A stretch of DNA of 64,000 nt, from assembly GCA_963790095.1 (NCBI GenBank), contig CAWBNO010000012.1, forward strand, positions 146,997 to 210,996, in the 5' to 3' direction. Below the pieces are notes generated by a model, which saw only the letters and a list, made by a program, of their open reading frames with translations, had not been told where the DNA came from and did no database searches. Each line of letters begins with the position of its first letter. The first letter of the stretch is position 1. Origin of the DNA: an uncultured delta proteobacterium. Its GTDB lineage: Bacteria > Desulfobacterota > Desulfobacteria > Desulfobacterales > UBA11574. A program made the position numbers and the translations under genes. Of this stretch, positions 52,101 through 60,280 are shown piece after piece.

Positions 52101-52330
52101 TGCGATTCAGACCCATATTGATGACGGCGTTTTCTTTTATACTCGGTGTTCTACCGCTGGTGGTCGCTTCCGGTGCCGGGTCCGAAGCGAGAGTGGTTAT
52201 GGGCATGGCATTGCTGGGCGGAATGTCTATTGCGACGCTGTTAGGTGTTTTCTTTTATCCCATGCTGTTTGTTTTCATCGGCAAAATCGCCAAATATGAA
52301 GCAGAAACGAGATCTTCAATTGCAACCTGA
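49192..52330 (+). pseudogene. RND (HAE1/AcrB-type) inner-membrane permease, interrupted by three frame changes
   Basis: The protein is spread over ORFs 49192..50043, 49994..50212 (short middle piece AFTRLNDKAV), 50040..51992 and 51716..52330. Breaks lie near 50021, near 50054, and in the G6 run at 51663-51668. The parts join into a colinear AcrB-like sequence. Confidence 0.8.
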
Positions 52331-52357
52331 TACCAAAGAATCCTGATGGTTATTGAA

Positions 52358-53767
52358 ATGAAAAAATTGGCTAAATTCCTTGCGGTGATGATCGTTGTAT
52401 CCCTTACAGGTTGTGCCATGGGGCCTGATTTTAAAAAACCTGTTGTGGAAACGCCGCAAAATTTTAGATTTACCGATTCAGAATCCAAAGAAACGGTTAA
52501 CTTGAAATGGTGGGAATTGTTTGACGATCCCGTTCTATATTCATTGGTTGTCGCGACATTGACGAACAATAAAGACGCATTGATTGCTGCCAGCCGTATC
52601 GAAGAGGCCCGTGCGTCCCTTGGATTCACCCAGGCGGATCAATACCCCCGACTGGATTTAGAAGCCGGCGCAAAGACAGGGAATTTTACGGGGGTATCCC
52701 GGTCGTCAACAACAGACAAATCTGCCTATATCGCACCGGTATTGAGCTGGGAAATCGATTTCTGGGGCAAATACCGCAGATCCACCGAAGCCGCAAGATC
52801 GGAATTGATGGCGTCTGAGTATTCCCTGAGGACCGTTCAAATCAGTTTGATTTCCGAAGTCGTCAGTACATATTTCCTGTTGTTGGATTATCATCAAAGA
52901 TTGATAATCTCCGAACAGACCCTTGATTCACGGCTGGACAGTCTGGATATTATTCAAAAGCGTTTTGACAAAGGCATCATTCCCGAAATTGATTTGAACC
53001 AGGCGCAAATTCAAAAAGAAATTGCCGCAGCCGCCATACCGGTCTATGAACGAAGCATCGCCCAAACTGAAAATGCCATCAGTATTTTAATCGGACGATT
53101 TCCAGCGAAGATTGAAAAAGGCATCGATCTCCACAGTCAAACCATACCGCCGGAGATACCGGTTGGACTGACCTCCAGTCTGCTGGAGCGCAGGCCCGAT
53201 ATTGCTGAAGCCATGTACTTGCTGGAGGCGCAAACCGCAAAGATCGGTGTTGCCCAAGCACTGAGGTTTCCATCTATCAGCCTGACAGGTCTTTTCGGGG
53301 CGGTCAGCAGTGAATTATCTTCCATCTCCACGGATGGTAGCATCTGGTCGGTGGGGGGGAGCCTATTGGGTCCTATTTTTGACTTTAATAAGAGCCTCCA
53401 GCGGGTTGAAATTGAGAAAGAAAGGACCCGGCAGGCATTGTATCAATACGAAAACAGGGTGCTGTTTGCTTTTCGAGAAGTCTCGGACGCCTTGAATGAA
53501 ATTCAAACCTACAAAAAGCAGATCTCTGCGGTGAAGCGAAAATTCAAGGCAGCGAAAAATGCGTCGTTCCTGTCAAAAATGAGATATGACAAAGGCGTAA
53601 CCAGCTATCTCGAAGTGCTGGACACCGAGCGAACCTTGTTCGATGTCGGACTGGAGCTTTCCCAGTTGAAACAACAATTCTTAAATGCCTATGTGAAACT
53701 ATACAAAGCCCTTGGGGGGGGATGGCTGACAAAGGCGGAAATGGAAGGGGAAGCCAAAAAGAAATAA
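52358..53767 (+). CDS. RND efflux outer-membrane factor lipoprotein (NodT family)
   Basis: Lipobox SLTGCAMGPDF and two OEP repeats. Confidence 0.85.
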   Translation: MKKLAKFLAVMIVVSLTGCAMGPDFKKPVVETPQNFRFTDSESKETVNLKWWELFDDPVLYSLVVATLTNNKDALIAASRIEEARASLGFTQADQYPRLDLEAGAKTGNFTGVSRSSTTDKSAYIAPVLSWEIDFWGKYRRSTEAARSELMASEYSLRTVQISLISEVVSTYFLLLDYHQRLIISEQTLDSRLDSLDIIQKRFDKGIIPEIDLNQAQIQKEIAAAAIPVYERSIAQTENAISILIGRFPAKIEKGIDLHSQTIPPEIPVGLTSSLLERRPDIAEAMYLLEAQTAKIGVAQALRFPSISLTGLFGAVSSELSSISTDGSIWSVGGSLLGPIFDFNKSLQRVEIEKERTRQALYQYENRVLFAFREVSDALNEIQTYKKQISAVKRKFKAAKNASFLSKMRYDKGVTSYLEVLDTERTLFDVGLELSQLKQQFLNAYVKLYKALGGGWLTKAEMEGEAKKK

Positions 53768-53885
53768 GACCCATGGCTTTGAACCCAAGTTCTTCATTCT
53801 GTTTTCCATCATACCAATCATGATCTGCCCGCTCGTCCTTGTAATGGCAGGCAGGGCCAATCGAACGTGTTGGAGAAAGGGAAAT

Positions 53886-54695
53886 ATGCTTTTAAGAAGA
53901 CGACTGCTCGTGGTCTTTACCATTTGGTTATTCTCGGCGGCGCCCCTCCATGCCCAGCCGTATTCAGACCCCTTTGGCGCTTCAACTATCCCGGAACGTC
54001 CAATCCCTAACCTGGAGAGCGATCATCGCCACTCCCTCGATACCTTTATTGCCGGCGATGATGATCCTAACCCACCGCTAAAGCTGTTCACGGCCCAAAC
54101 GTCTCCGCCCGACGACCAACAAATTCAACAAAACCAGGGAAATATGGCCGAAATTAGAGAACGGCTCGAGGAACGGATACAGGCGTTGGAGGCGGAGTGG
54201 GCGGCCATAAAGAAAGAAGAAGAAGAGATAAACAGAATCGGCAGTGGAGGGACCTTACGGGGCAGCAAAACCAAAAAATTCATGAAAAGAACGGATGAAT
54301 TCAGCCAACGTGTGACAAAATACAATGCGGAGAAGGAGAAATTACGTAAAGATATCGAAGCGTATGAAGCTGCGGTGAAAGACGCCTCCACGGCCCCCCT
54401 GGATGCAGGTTCGGCGGATCAAGGTGCGAAAGGAGACCAAACAGGCGCGTATCTCGAAAAAAAGAGAGAAGAACTGACCCAGGAATACCGGGCCTTAAAG
54501 CAAGAAAAACAACAGATCGGCCGGACAGCGCAAACGGACGGCGCAATAGGCAATGTCCCCACGGTCAACCAGCAGATGACCCAGTGGAATGAAAAGATGA
54601 AAGAATTTTCAAAAAAGAGAGAGCTATTCAACGAAGCTGTCCATACTTTCAATGAAACATCCGGACAAAACATCCAGCCCCTGCCTGAACCGTAA
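53886..54695 (+). CDS. hypothetical secreted coiled-coil protein
   Basis: GGAGAAAGGG SD, signal peptide MLLRRRLLVVFTIWLFSAAPLHA, and a Q/E/K-rich heptad sequence. Confidence 0.5.
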   Translation: MLLRRRLLVVFTIWLFSAAPLHAQPYSDPFGASTIPERPIPNLESDHRHSLDTFIAGDDDPNPPLKLFTAQTSPPDDQQIQQNQGNMAEIRERLEERIQALEAEWAAIKKEEEEINRIGSGGTLRGSKTKKFMKRTDEFSQRVTKYNAEKEKLRKDIEAYEAAVKDASTAPLDAGSADQGAKGDQTGAYLEKKREELTQEYRALKQEKQQIGRTAQTDGAIGNVPTVNQQMTQWNEKMKEFSKKRELFNEAVHTFNETSGQNIQPLPEP

Positions 54696-54750
54696 TGATC
54701 GAAAGCCCTTAACCCCCCTGTCCCCTGTCCGTTGGTTTGAGGACGATCTC

Positions 54751-54795
54751 AACGCTCCTAACGATCAAAACGATCGTAACGCTTCCAAGGATTTA
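54751..54795. repeat. nonamer tandem tract (AACGNTCNN x5)
   Basis: aacgctcct aacgatcaa aacgatcgt aacgcttcc aaggattta. Confidence 0.6.
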
Positions 54796-54891
54796 ACCAT
54801 TTAGCCGTCCTGGATCTTTATCGGGTATTGAAAGTATTTCAATCGTGCTTAACTTTTGGAGAAAATAGCCTGTTTCTCCGGTTCTGCCGAA

Positions 54892-54968
54892 CCAGTGACC
54901 AATGACAAATGACCAATGACCGGTAACCAGTAACCAGTGACCAGTGTCCAATGACAAATGACCCATGA
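54892..54968. repeat. heptamer tandem array, 11 units, consensus CCARTGA
   Basis: ccagtga ccaatga caaatga ccaatga ccggtaa ccagtaa ccagtga ccagtgt ccaatga caaatga cccatga. The last unit contains the ATG of ORF 54965. Confidence 0.85.
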
Positions 54969-56061
54969 AACGCAGAGCTTTTATACATAAAATGTTTCTT
55001 ACTTTACAAGGGATGCTGTTGATGCATTTTGCTGACCCTCGGGTATTGTTGGGGGCTTTTGGGGAAATGGACGGTGAAACACTCCATTATCGCCCCTTGA
55101 ACGGCCGAAGCCTCAGGGACATGGCCCTGGGAAAGGAACATCACGGCTCTGGCGCCTTTAACAATCCCATCGGCGCTTCCCGAAGGGGAAGATTTTTTCA
55201 GCTTCTGAAATGGAAGCTCAGCCAAAACAGTTTTGGCCCTTTTCTCAAAGATCAGCCCACCCAACCGATCGCCATCGACTGGGAACCGATCCGGGTGCAT
55301 CAAGGGGTATCCATCACGTTTCTGAAACATGCCAGCGTCTTGATCAAGGACGTGGACAGATATCTCCTCGTGGATCCCGTGTTTTCGGATATATTCGGGT
55401 TTGTCGAGGATTTCTCACCGTTCACATTTAGCCCCCGCCAGATTCCGGAACCGGATCACGTTCTCATCACCCACGGGCATTATGATCACCTGGACAAGCC
55501 TTCGTTGGCGACTTTGGGAAAGATACCCATGTGATCAGCCCCTTAGGGTATGACAGCGTGTTCAGGGATTTGGGCATGATGAATCGGACCCGGCTGGACT
55601 GGTACGATATGTTTCGCGACGGCGATCGTTCCGTAACATTTTTGCCCAGCAATCACTGGACCATGCGAAATCCGGTGCGGGGTCCCAACCGGTCTCTCTG
55701 GGGCGGATACATCATCGAAACTTCCGTCGGCCGCACCATTTACGTCACCGGAGATTCGGGATACTTTGACGGATTCACAGAGATCGGTGGGGATTTCGAC
55801 ATCGATCTTGCCATTATCAATCTTGGCGCCTATGAGCCCCGGTGGTTCATGGCCCCCAGCCATATGAACCCCCGGGAAACCGTTCAGGCGTTTAAAGAAC
55901 TCAATGCCCGAAAATTGATGATCGTTCACTGGGGGACCTTTCGTCTGGGGGACGAGCCGGTGCATTTCCCGCCTGTGGACATTAAAAAAGAATTAAAGAA
56001 AGAAGGCCTCCTCCATCGCCTTGTGGACATCCGGCATGGCGAAACTATTTTTGTGAACTGA
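54965..56061 (+). pseudogene. MBL-fold metallo-hydrolase (NAPE-PLD/UlaG-like), single frame break
   Basis: HVLITHGHYDHLD motif in ORF 54965..55534. The continuation GKDTHVISPLGYD... is in the -1 frame (ORF 55531..56061). The break is at TTGGGAAAGAT, about 55514-55521. Confidence 0.7.
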
Positions 56062-56110
56062 GGCATATACGGCAATACGCCAATCTAAAAAAATCATACA
56101 AGGGAACATC

Positions 56111-56738
56111 ATGTCCGAACTCAAAATACTTGAAATATTTTCTGACTATATCTGACCCTGGTGCTATTTCATTACCGGGGGTATTGAAAGACTACAAAAA
56201 GAATTTAAAATCGGCATTCGATGGACGGCATTCCCCCTCCATCCGGAAACCCCGGAGGATGGGACAGACACTGGCAACGCTGTTTGCGGGTCGTAATATA
56301 GACATCGATCAAATGATGATCCATCTAAAACAGGTTGCACACGGATTGGGGTTGCCTTTCGGCCAACGGACCATGACCTACAACAGTCGTCTGGCACAGG
56401 AGTTGGGTAAATGGGCGGAATCTGAAGGTCAAGGTCATGAATTCCACAACGCCGTGTTTCGAGCGTATTTCGCAAATGGTCTAAACATCGGGAAGCCCCA
56501 CGTCCTCGTGAAGGTGGCTGAATCCGTCAACCTGAATGGAAAAGATGCCATGAACACTATTCAATCCAGGACCTGTAGAGAATCCGTTGATCTGGACTGG
56601 AGGCGATCTTACGAAAAAAGCGTGACGGCAGTTCCGACCTTTGTATTCAACGGTCAAGTTTTGGTGGGTGCCCAAAAATACGAAGCATTGGAAAAGACCC
56701 TGCTGTCGAATAACGTGGAAAGACGAAACCCAAAATAG
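56111..56738 (+). CDS. DsbA/FrnE-like thiol:disulfide oxidoreductase. In-frame TGA (56153-56155) at the first position of the CxxC motif suggests a selenoprotein. The frame is also broken near 56264.
   Basis: From ATG 56111: MSELKILEIFSDYI-TGA-PWCYFITGGIERLQKEFKIGIRWTAFPLHPETPEDG. Skipping one base gives QTLATLFAGRNIDIDQ...VTAVPTFVFNGQVLVGAQ (ORF 56130..56738 frame). The family fold is complete only if TGA is decoded and the frame is corrected. Confidence 0.6.
56156..56180 (+). promoter_or_regulatory. candidate bacterial SECIS hairpin
   Basis: It starts right after the TGA. CCCUGGU (56156-56162) pairs with ACCGGGG (56174-56180): 7 bp including one G-U. The 11-nt apical loop starts with G. 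Confidence 0.4.
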
Positions 56739-56915
56739 TTTCCATCCATAAATGGCCCTTTTTGCCCGGATCTGCGTTCTCCGCGGGTTTCCGGCTGCGG
56801 TATACAGGGAGTATGCCTCACCGAAAACCCTTGTGCGGCCTTGAGCCGGACAAAAATTGCTCATTTATGAATTGGAAACGCAACGTGCCCATTTAACAAT
56901 TATGGATGGAAACTA
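56737..56915. mobile_element. possible MITE-like element, or a structured 3' region
   Basis: Perfect 16-bp inverted termini TAGTTTCCATCCATAA (56737-56752) and TTATGGATGGAAACTA (56900-56915). No ORF. Single copy in the window. Confidence 0.3.
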
Positions 56916-56953
56916 ACTACTTAACTTAGTCCTGAAACCGGGTCCTCCCCTAC

Positions 56954-57196
56954 GTGGCGAGATCTAAAATGGGGCCCGGATTATTTTCTATGGAGAACAT
57001 GATTATGGGATCGAGAGAAATCAACGAAATCGTTGTTACAGACATCAGGATGTCGTTTTCGTCAATGGTTGTTTTTATGGTGAAATGGGCCATTGCCACG
57101 ATTCCGGCGCTGATCATCTTAACGGTGGTCGGATCGTTACTGTTGGGGATTTTAAGGATAATTTTCGGCGGGTTCCACCCGGGGATGCGGTTCTAA
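56954..57196 (+). CDS. hypothetical small membrane protein
   Basis: 80-aa ORF with two hydrophobic segments. The true start is probably an internal Met. No family recognised. Confidence 0.3.
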   Translation: MARSKMGPGLFSMENMIMGSREINEIVVTDIRMSFSSMVVFMVKWAIATIPALIILTVVGSLLLGILRIIFGGFHPGMRF

Positions 57197-57375
57197 AATA
57201 GAGAGTCCAAGGATTCCAAGGGTCCAGGATTCAAGGGTTTGTTTTCTAAAGACTTTATCAGCGCCTTGGCTCAAGCGTATTCCTTATCCCTTTCCCTTCG
57301 TCCTCTGACTTCTGATCTCTGGCTTCTGCTCTCTGCCCCATGCCCTTTGCTCTCTGCCCCCTCTTAAACGGGCGT

Positions 57376-57750
57376 TCAATGGAGTGACAGCAAATAAGAC
57401 CTGAGATTTGCCTTCTTGCCCTCCAGGCCGATTTTCCTTTGGATATTTTTTTTGTGGGTGTCGACGGTTCTTGGGGATATATTCATGATTTTTGCTATTT
57501 TTTTGCTGGTATTCCCGTGCTTTGTCATGTTCGCAATCTGAATTTCTGTGGGGGTCAGGTTTAAATATACCAGTGACAATTTTCGGGTAAACGGAGAGAT
57601 GATTTCGTAGAGCGCAAGACTCATCTCCTGTCTTGCTGAATCTTCAATATTCGAAGTGGTCAGGCTGTAGGTGCTTTGAAGCAATATGGCCGAGAATATT
57701 ACGACGATTATTCCAATAAAGAGGATCAATTTTGATTTTATACTCTTCAT
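57376..57750 (-). CDS. membrane-anchored LuxR/GerE-type HTH regulator (no receiver or ligand domain)
   Basis: N-terminal TM (LILFIGIIVVIFSAILL). C-terminal LTPTEIQIANMTKHGNTSKKIAKIMNISPRTVDTHKKNIQRKIGL. Confidence 0.7.
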   Translation of the reverse strand: MKSIKSKLILFIGIIVVIFSAILLQSTYSLTTSNIEDSARQEMSLALYEIISPFTRKLSLVYLNLTPTEIQIANMTKHGNTSKKIAKIMNISPRTVDTHKKNIQRKIGLEGKKANLRSYLLSLH

Positions 57751-58358
57751 GTTTCACCTTAAATTTAAAATTAAAATTGGTTTTTCTCCCAATTCATTGC
57801 GAGAAAGCGTTTTAGGATCACCATATCCTTTGGAGATAATTCTAACTTTAAAGAGCGGACGAACTGCAACAGCGAGCTTCGATTTTTTATGAGGACTCCG
57901 GATTAAAAATGTTTTTACGTGATGCCTCTATTTAACATCAGGGCTTTTATGAGCAGGGCCTTAAACTGTTCGAAGATATCCTTTTTGAAAAATCGGGATA
58001 AAAAAATATTACATTATTTTTTAAAAAATGATAACAAAAGTCTTCGAGTCGCTGTTAAGAAATTTGTTTTGATTCGGACCCCGTCGGATTCGGTTGCTTT
58101 TTTTCCGCAGGGTTCCGGGGATATTCGGATAGTCATTGGGTGGCGGCAACGTCTAACGCTTCAGACGATGAGGTGATTTGTCCCCTCTTTTTTTACCGCC
58201 GTTTACGTTGGAGCTTGGGCAATATTTTTTTTGGTACGATAACCAAAAAATAACAAACTGTAAAGATATTATAGCACATCATCAAAAACCTCTGTTGTGT
58301 GGCTTCACAACAGTTGAGGCCGCCGCCTGGGAAGGGGTGTGTAAAAGGAGGAAATAAA

Positions 58359-58856
58359 ATGGCCCTTATGTTTAATTCAGATGAGATTCTTGAAATGGCG
58401 ATTCGCATCGAGGCCAACGGGTCCGCCTTTTATCGAAAGGCTGCGGGCATGCAGTCCGATGCCGAAAACAAAAAGTTCCTGGAAGGTCTGGCCGCCATGG
58501 AAGATCGGCATCAGAAAACATTTGCCGAGATGCGCAAAACATTGACCGAAGCGGACAAGGGCGGGAAGGTGTTCGATCCGTATAACGAGGAGTCCCAATA
58601 CCTCGCTTCCATGGCCGACACCCTCGGGGGCGAAGGCAGTCCGACAGTGGCAGATGCGCTCACCGGCAATGAAACCCTCGAGGATATACTCAGAACCGCC
58701 TTGGGACTCGAAAAGGACGCCATCCTGTTCTACCTGGGACTCAAGGACATGGTACCGGCCAGGTACGGCCAGGAGAAGATCGATGAGATAATCAGGGAAG
58801 AGAAGCGCCACGTGGCCCAGCTTGCGGGCCTGCTCAAGAAGGTAAAGGATGCATAG
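58359..58856 (+). CDS. erythrin-like diiron four-helix-bundle protein (ferritin-like/rubrerythrin family, no rubredoxin domain)
   Basis: AAGGAGG SD. E...ExxH twice (RIEANG..MEDRH; LEKDA..EEKRH). Confidence 0.75.
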   Translation: MALMFNSDEILEMAIRIEANGSAFYRKAAGMQSDAENKKFLEGLAAMEDRHQKTFAEMRKTLTEADKGGKVFDPYNEESQYLASMADTLGGEGSPTVADALTGNETLEDILRTALGLEKDAILFYLGLKDMVPARYGQEKIDEIIREEKRHVAQLAGLLKKVKDA

Positions 58857-59175
58857 CCCTGACCCCAGGACAGAATTTTATAGGGCCATAGGGGCTAAAA
58901 ATCAGACCTGCTCGATGACATTTAACCGATCGATATTAAATGGATAAATCCCTTAATGCCGCCCGGTGCTCGCTCTTAGACACCGACATCCGGTGAGGAC
59001 GTCCCGATCTCCAATTTCGGCAGGTTCTGTGAAAAGCTAAAGGCAGAACGTAAGGGCAGGAGTCCTGCAACCGGGGATGAATTGATGCTTGAACCGAGGA
59101 AGGTTGTTATGTTTAGCTGTTCAGGAAAATTGAGGGATAGGATCAACCCCAAACAAGACGAAAGGTTCAACCGAA

Positions 59176-59625
59176 ATGCTGTCAAAAATTAACAATGAGG
59201 TTCTATCCCATGGGCCCGAAGCAGTTCTCCCACAGAATCTGAGCAAGAAATGGCTAAAGATACTACAAAAAATGGCAGAAGACTTCATAGGTTCTAATTA
59301 TGATCTTGATGAATGTAAGAAGCCGGAGGATATTGCGGATCCAATCCTATCCGTCTGTGTTTCAGAACTGTTAATATCCCAATATAAAGACAAAACCAAT
59401 ATGTCCATCGAGGAAGTGTTAGAAAAGATCACAATCTATTCCATATCGTTAATTATTGAGGCAGTGGACAGGGAGTCCAATATCGGTATAGATAAGCCCA
59501 CACTTGAAGATATTTTTAATTGGGACAGAATTGTTAGAATGAAGAAGATGAATCCCGAGTTTGTTGAAGCGCTTGAAAAAGCATGTATCATGCAGATTCC
59601 GGAACAAGCTTCTTCTAAAGAATGA
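59176..59625 (+). CDS. hypothetical protein
   Basis: 149-aa ORF with GAAAGG ahead of the ATG. No family recognised. Confidence 0.5.
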   Translation: MLSKINNEVLSHGPEAVLPQNLSKKWLKILQKMAEDFIGSNYDLDECKKPEDIADPILSVCVSELLISQYKDKTNMSIEEVLEKITIYSISLIIEAVDRESNIGIDKPTLEDIFNWDRIVRMKKMNPEFVEALEKACIMQIPEQASSKE

Positions 59626-59963
59626 AGCTCACCGTATCCTAAAAAACAGAATTCTGAATAGACCCGCCGACATCTTCGATTTTGTATAAAGGACTAAATC
59701 AGCAATAAAAAGCTCCTGGGGGAGGCGAATCCCCAAGAGCTATAGAGAAGGTATTGCATTATGTGGAACCCCACAATGCAAATTCATTCAATATCCGAAA
59801 ATGTGATATGTCAATAGGTAGAATACCTCATTTTTGTGGGGAAATATCCCAAACCTATAATGAGCAACCCAGAGAGGCTTGCCCTGGAAAATAAAAAGCC
59901 CCCAAGAACCGGCCATTGGCTCTCAGGGGCTACCATAAGGAGGCATTAAGGGAGGGGGAAACC

Positions 59964-60041
59964 TTACTCTAAGAAAAAAGCAATCAAACAGCAAGATCCC
60001 ACCCAGATTACAGTGATCCCAAAAAGAATTAAATCTGTCAT
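59964..60041 (-). CDS. possible 25-aa hydrophobic peptide (MTDLILFGITVIWVGSCCLIAFFLE)
   Basis: AAAGGTG about 7 nt upstream. A GC hairpin (AGCCCC...GGGGCT) plus T-run follows about 40 nt downstream on the minus strand. Below the ORF-track cutoff. Confidence 0.25.
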   Translation of the reverse strand: MTDLILFGITVIWVGSCCLIAFFLE

Positions 60042-60156
60042 AATATTCACCTTTGTATGAAATAATAGATGCAAAAACCATGCAAGATATTAAAGATATG
60101 AAAAATGACAGAAATTCAATAAGTTAGATAAAATGCCTGGATTGTTGAGCAAAAGA

Positions 60157-60177
60157 ATTTGACAATATTTGTCAAAT
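60157..60177. promoter_or_regulatory. perfect palindromic operator-like site ATTTGACAA-TAT-TTGTCAAAT
   Basis: 9-bp arms with a 3-bp spacer. A third TTTGACA half-site lies at 60190-60196. Confidence 0.35.
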
Positions 60178-60256
60178 ATCCGACCAAAGTTTGACAGGGT
60201 TTCCAGATTTGATGAGCATTGAAGACGAAGAAAATATTGGGTAAAGGGGAAACTTT

Positions 60257-60280
60257 TTCTCACACAGATTCTCACACAGA
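60257..60280. repeat. tandem 12-mer TTCTCACACAGA x2
   Basis: Exact duplication read directly from the sequence. Confidence 0.85.

Noticed and set aside
58857-59175. Riboswitch or ncRNA in the 320-bp spacer before ORF 59176 (several small hairpins, duplicated CCGGTG words, a 27-codon ORF with a good SD at about 59116)
   Set aside because: No match to any riboswitch core I can recall (c-di-GMP, cobalamin, SAM, TPP). The stems are short, so this is left unassigned.
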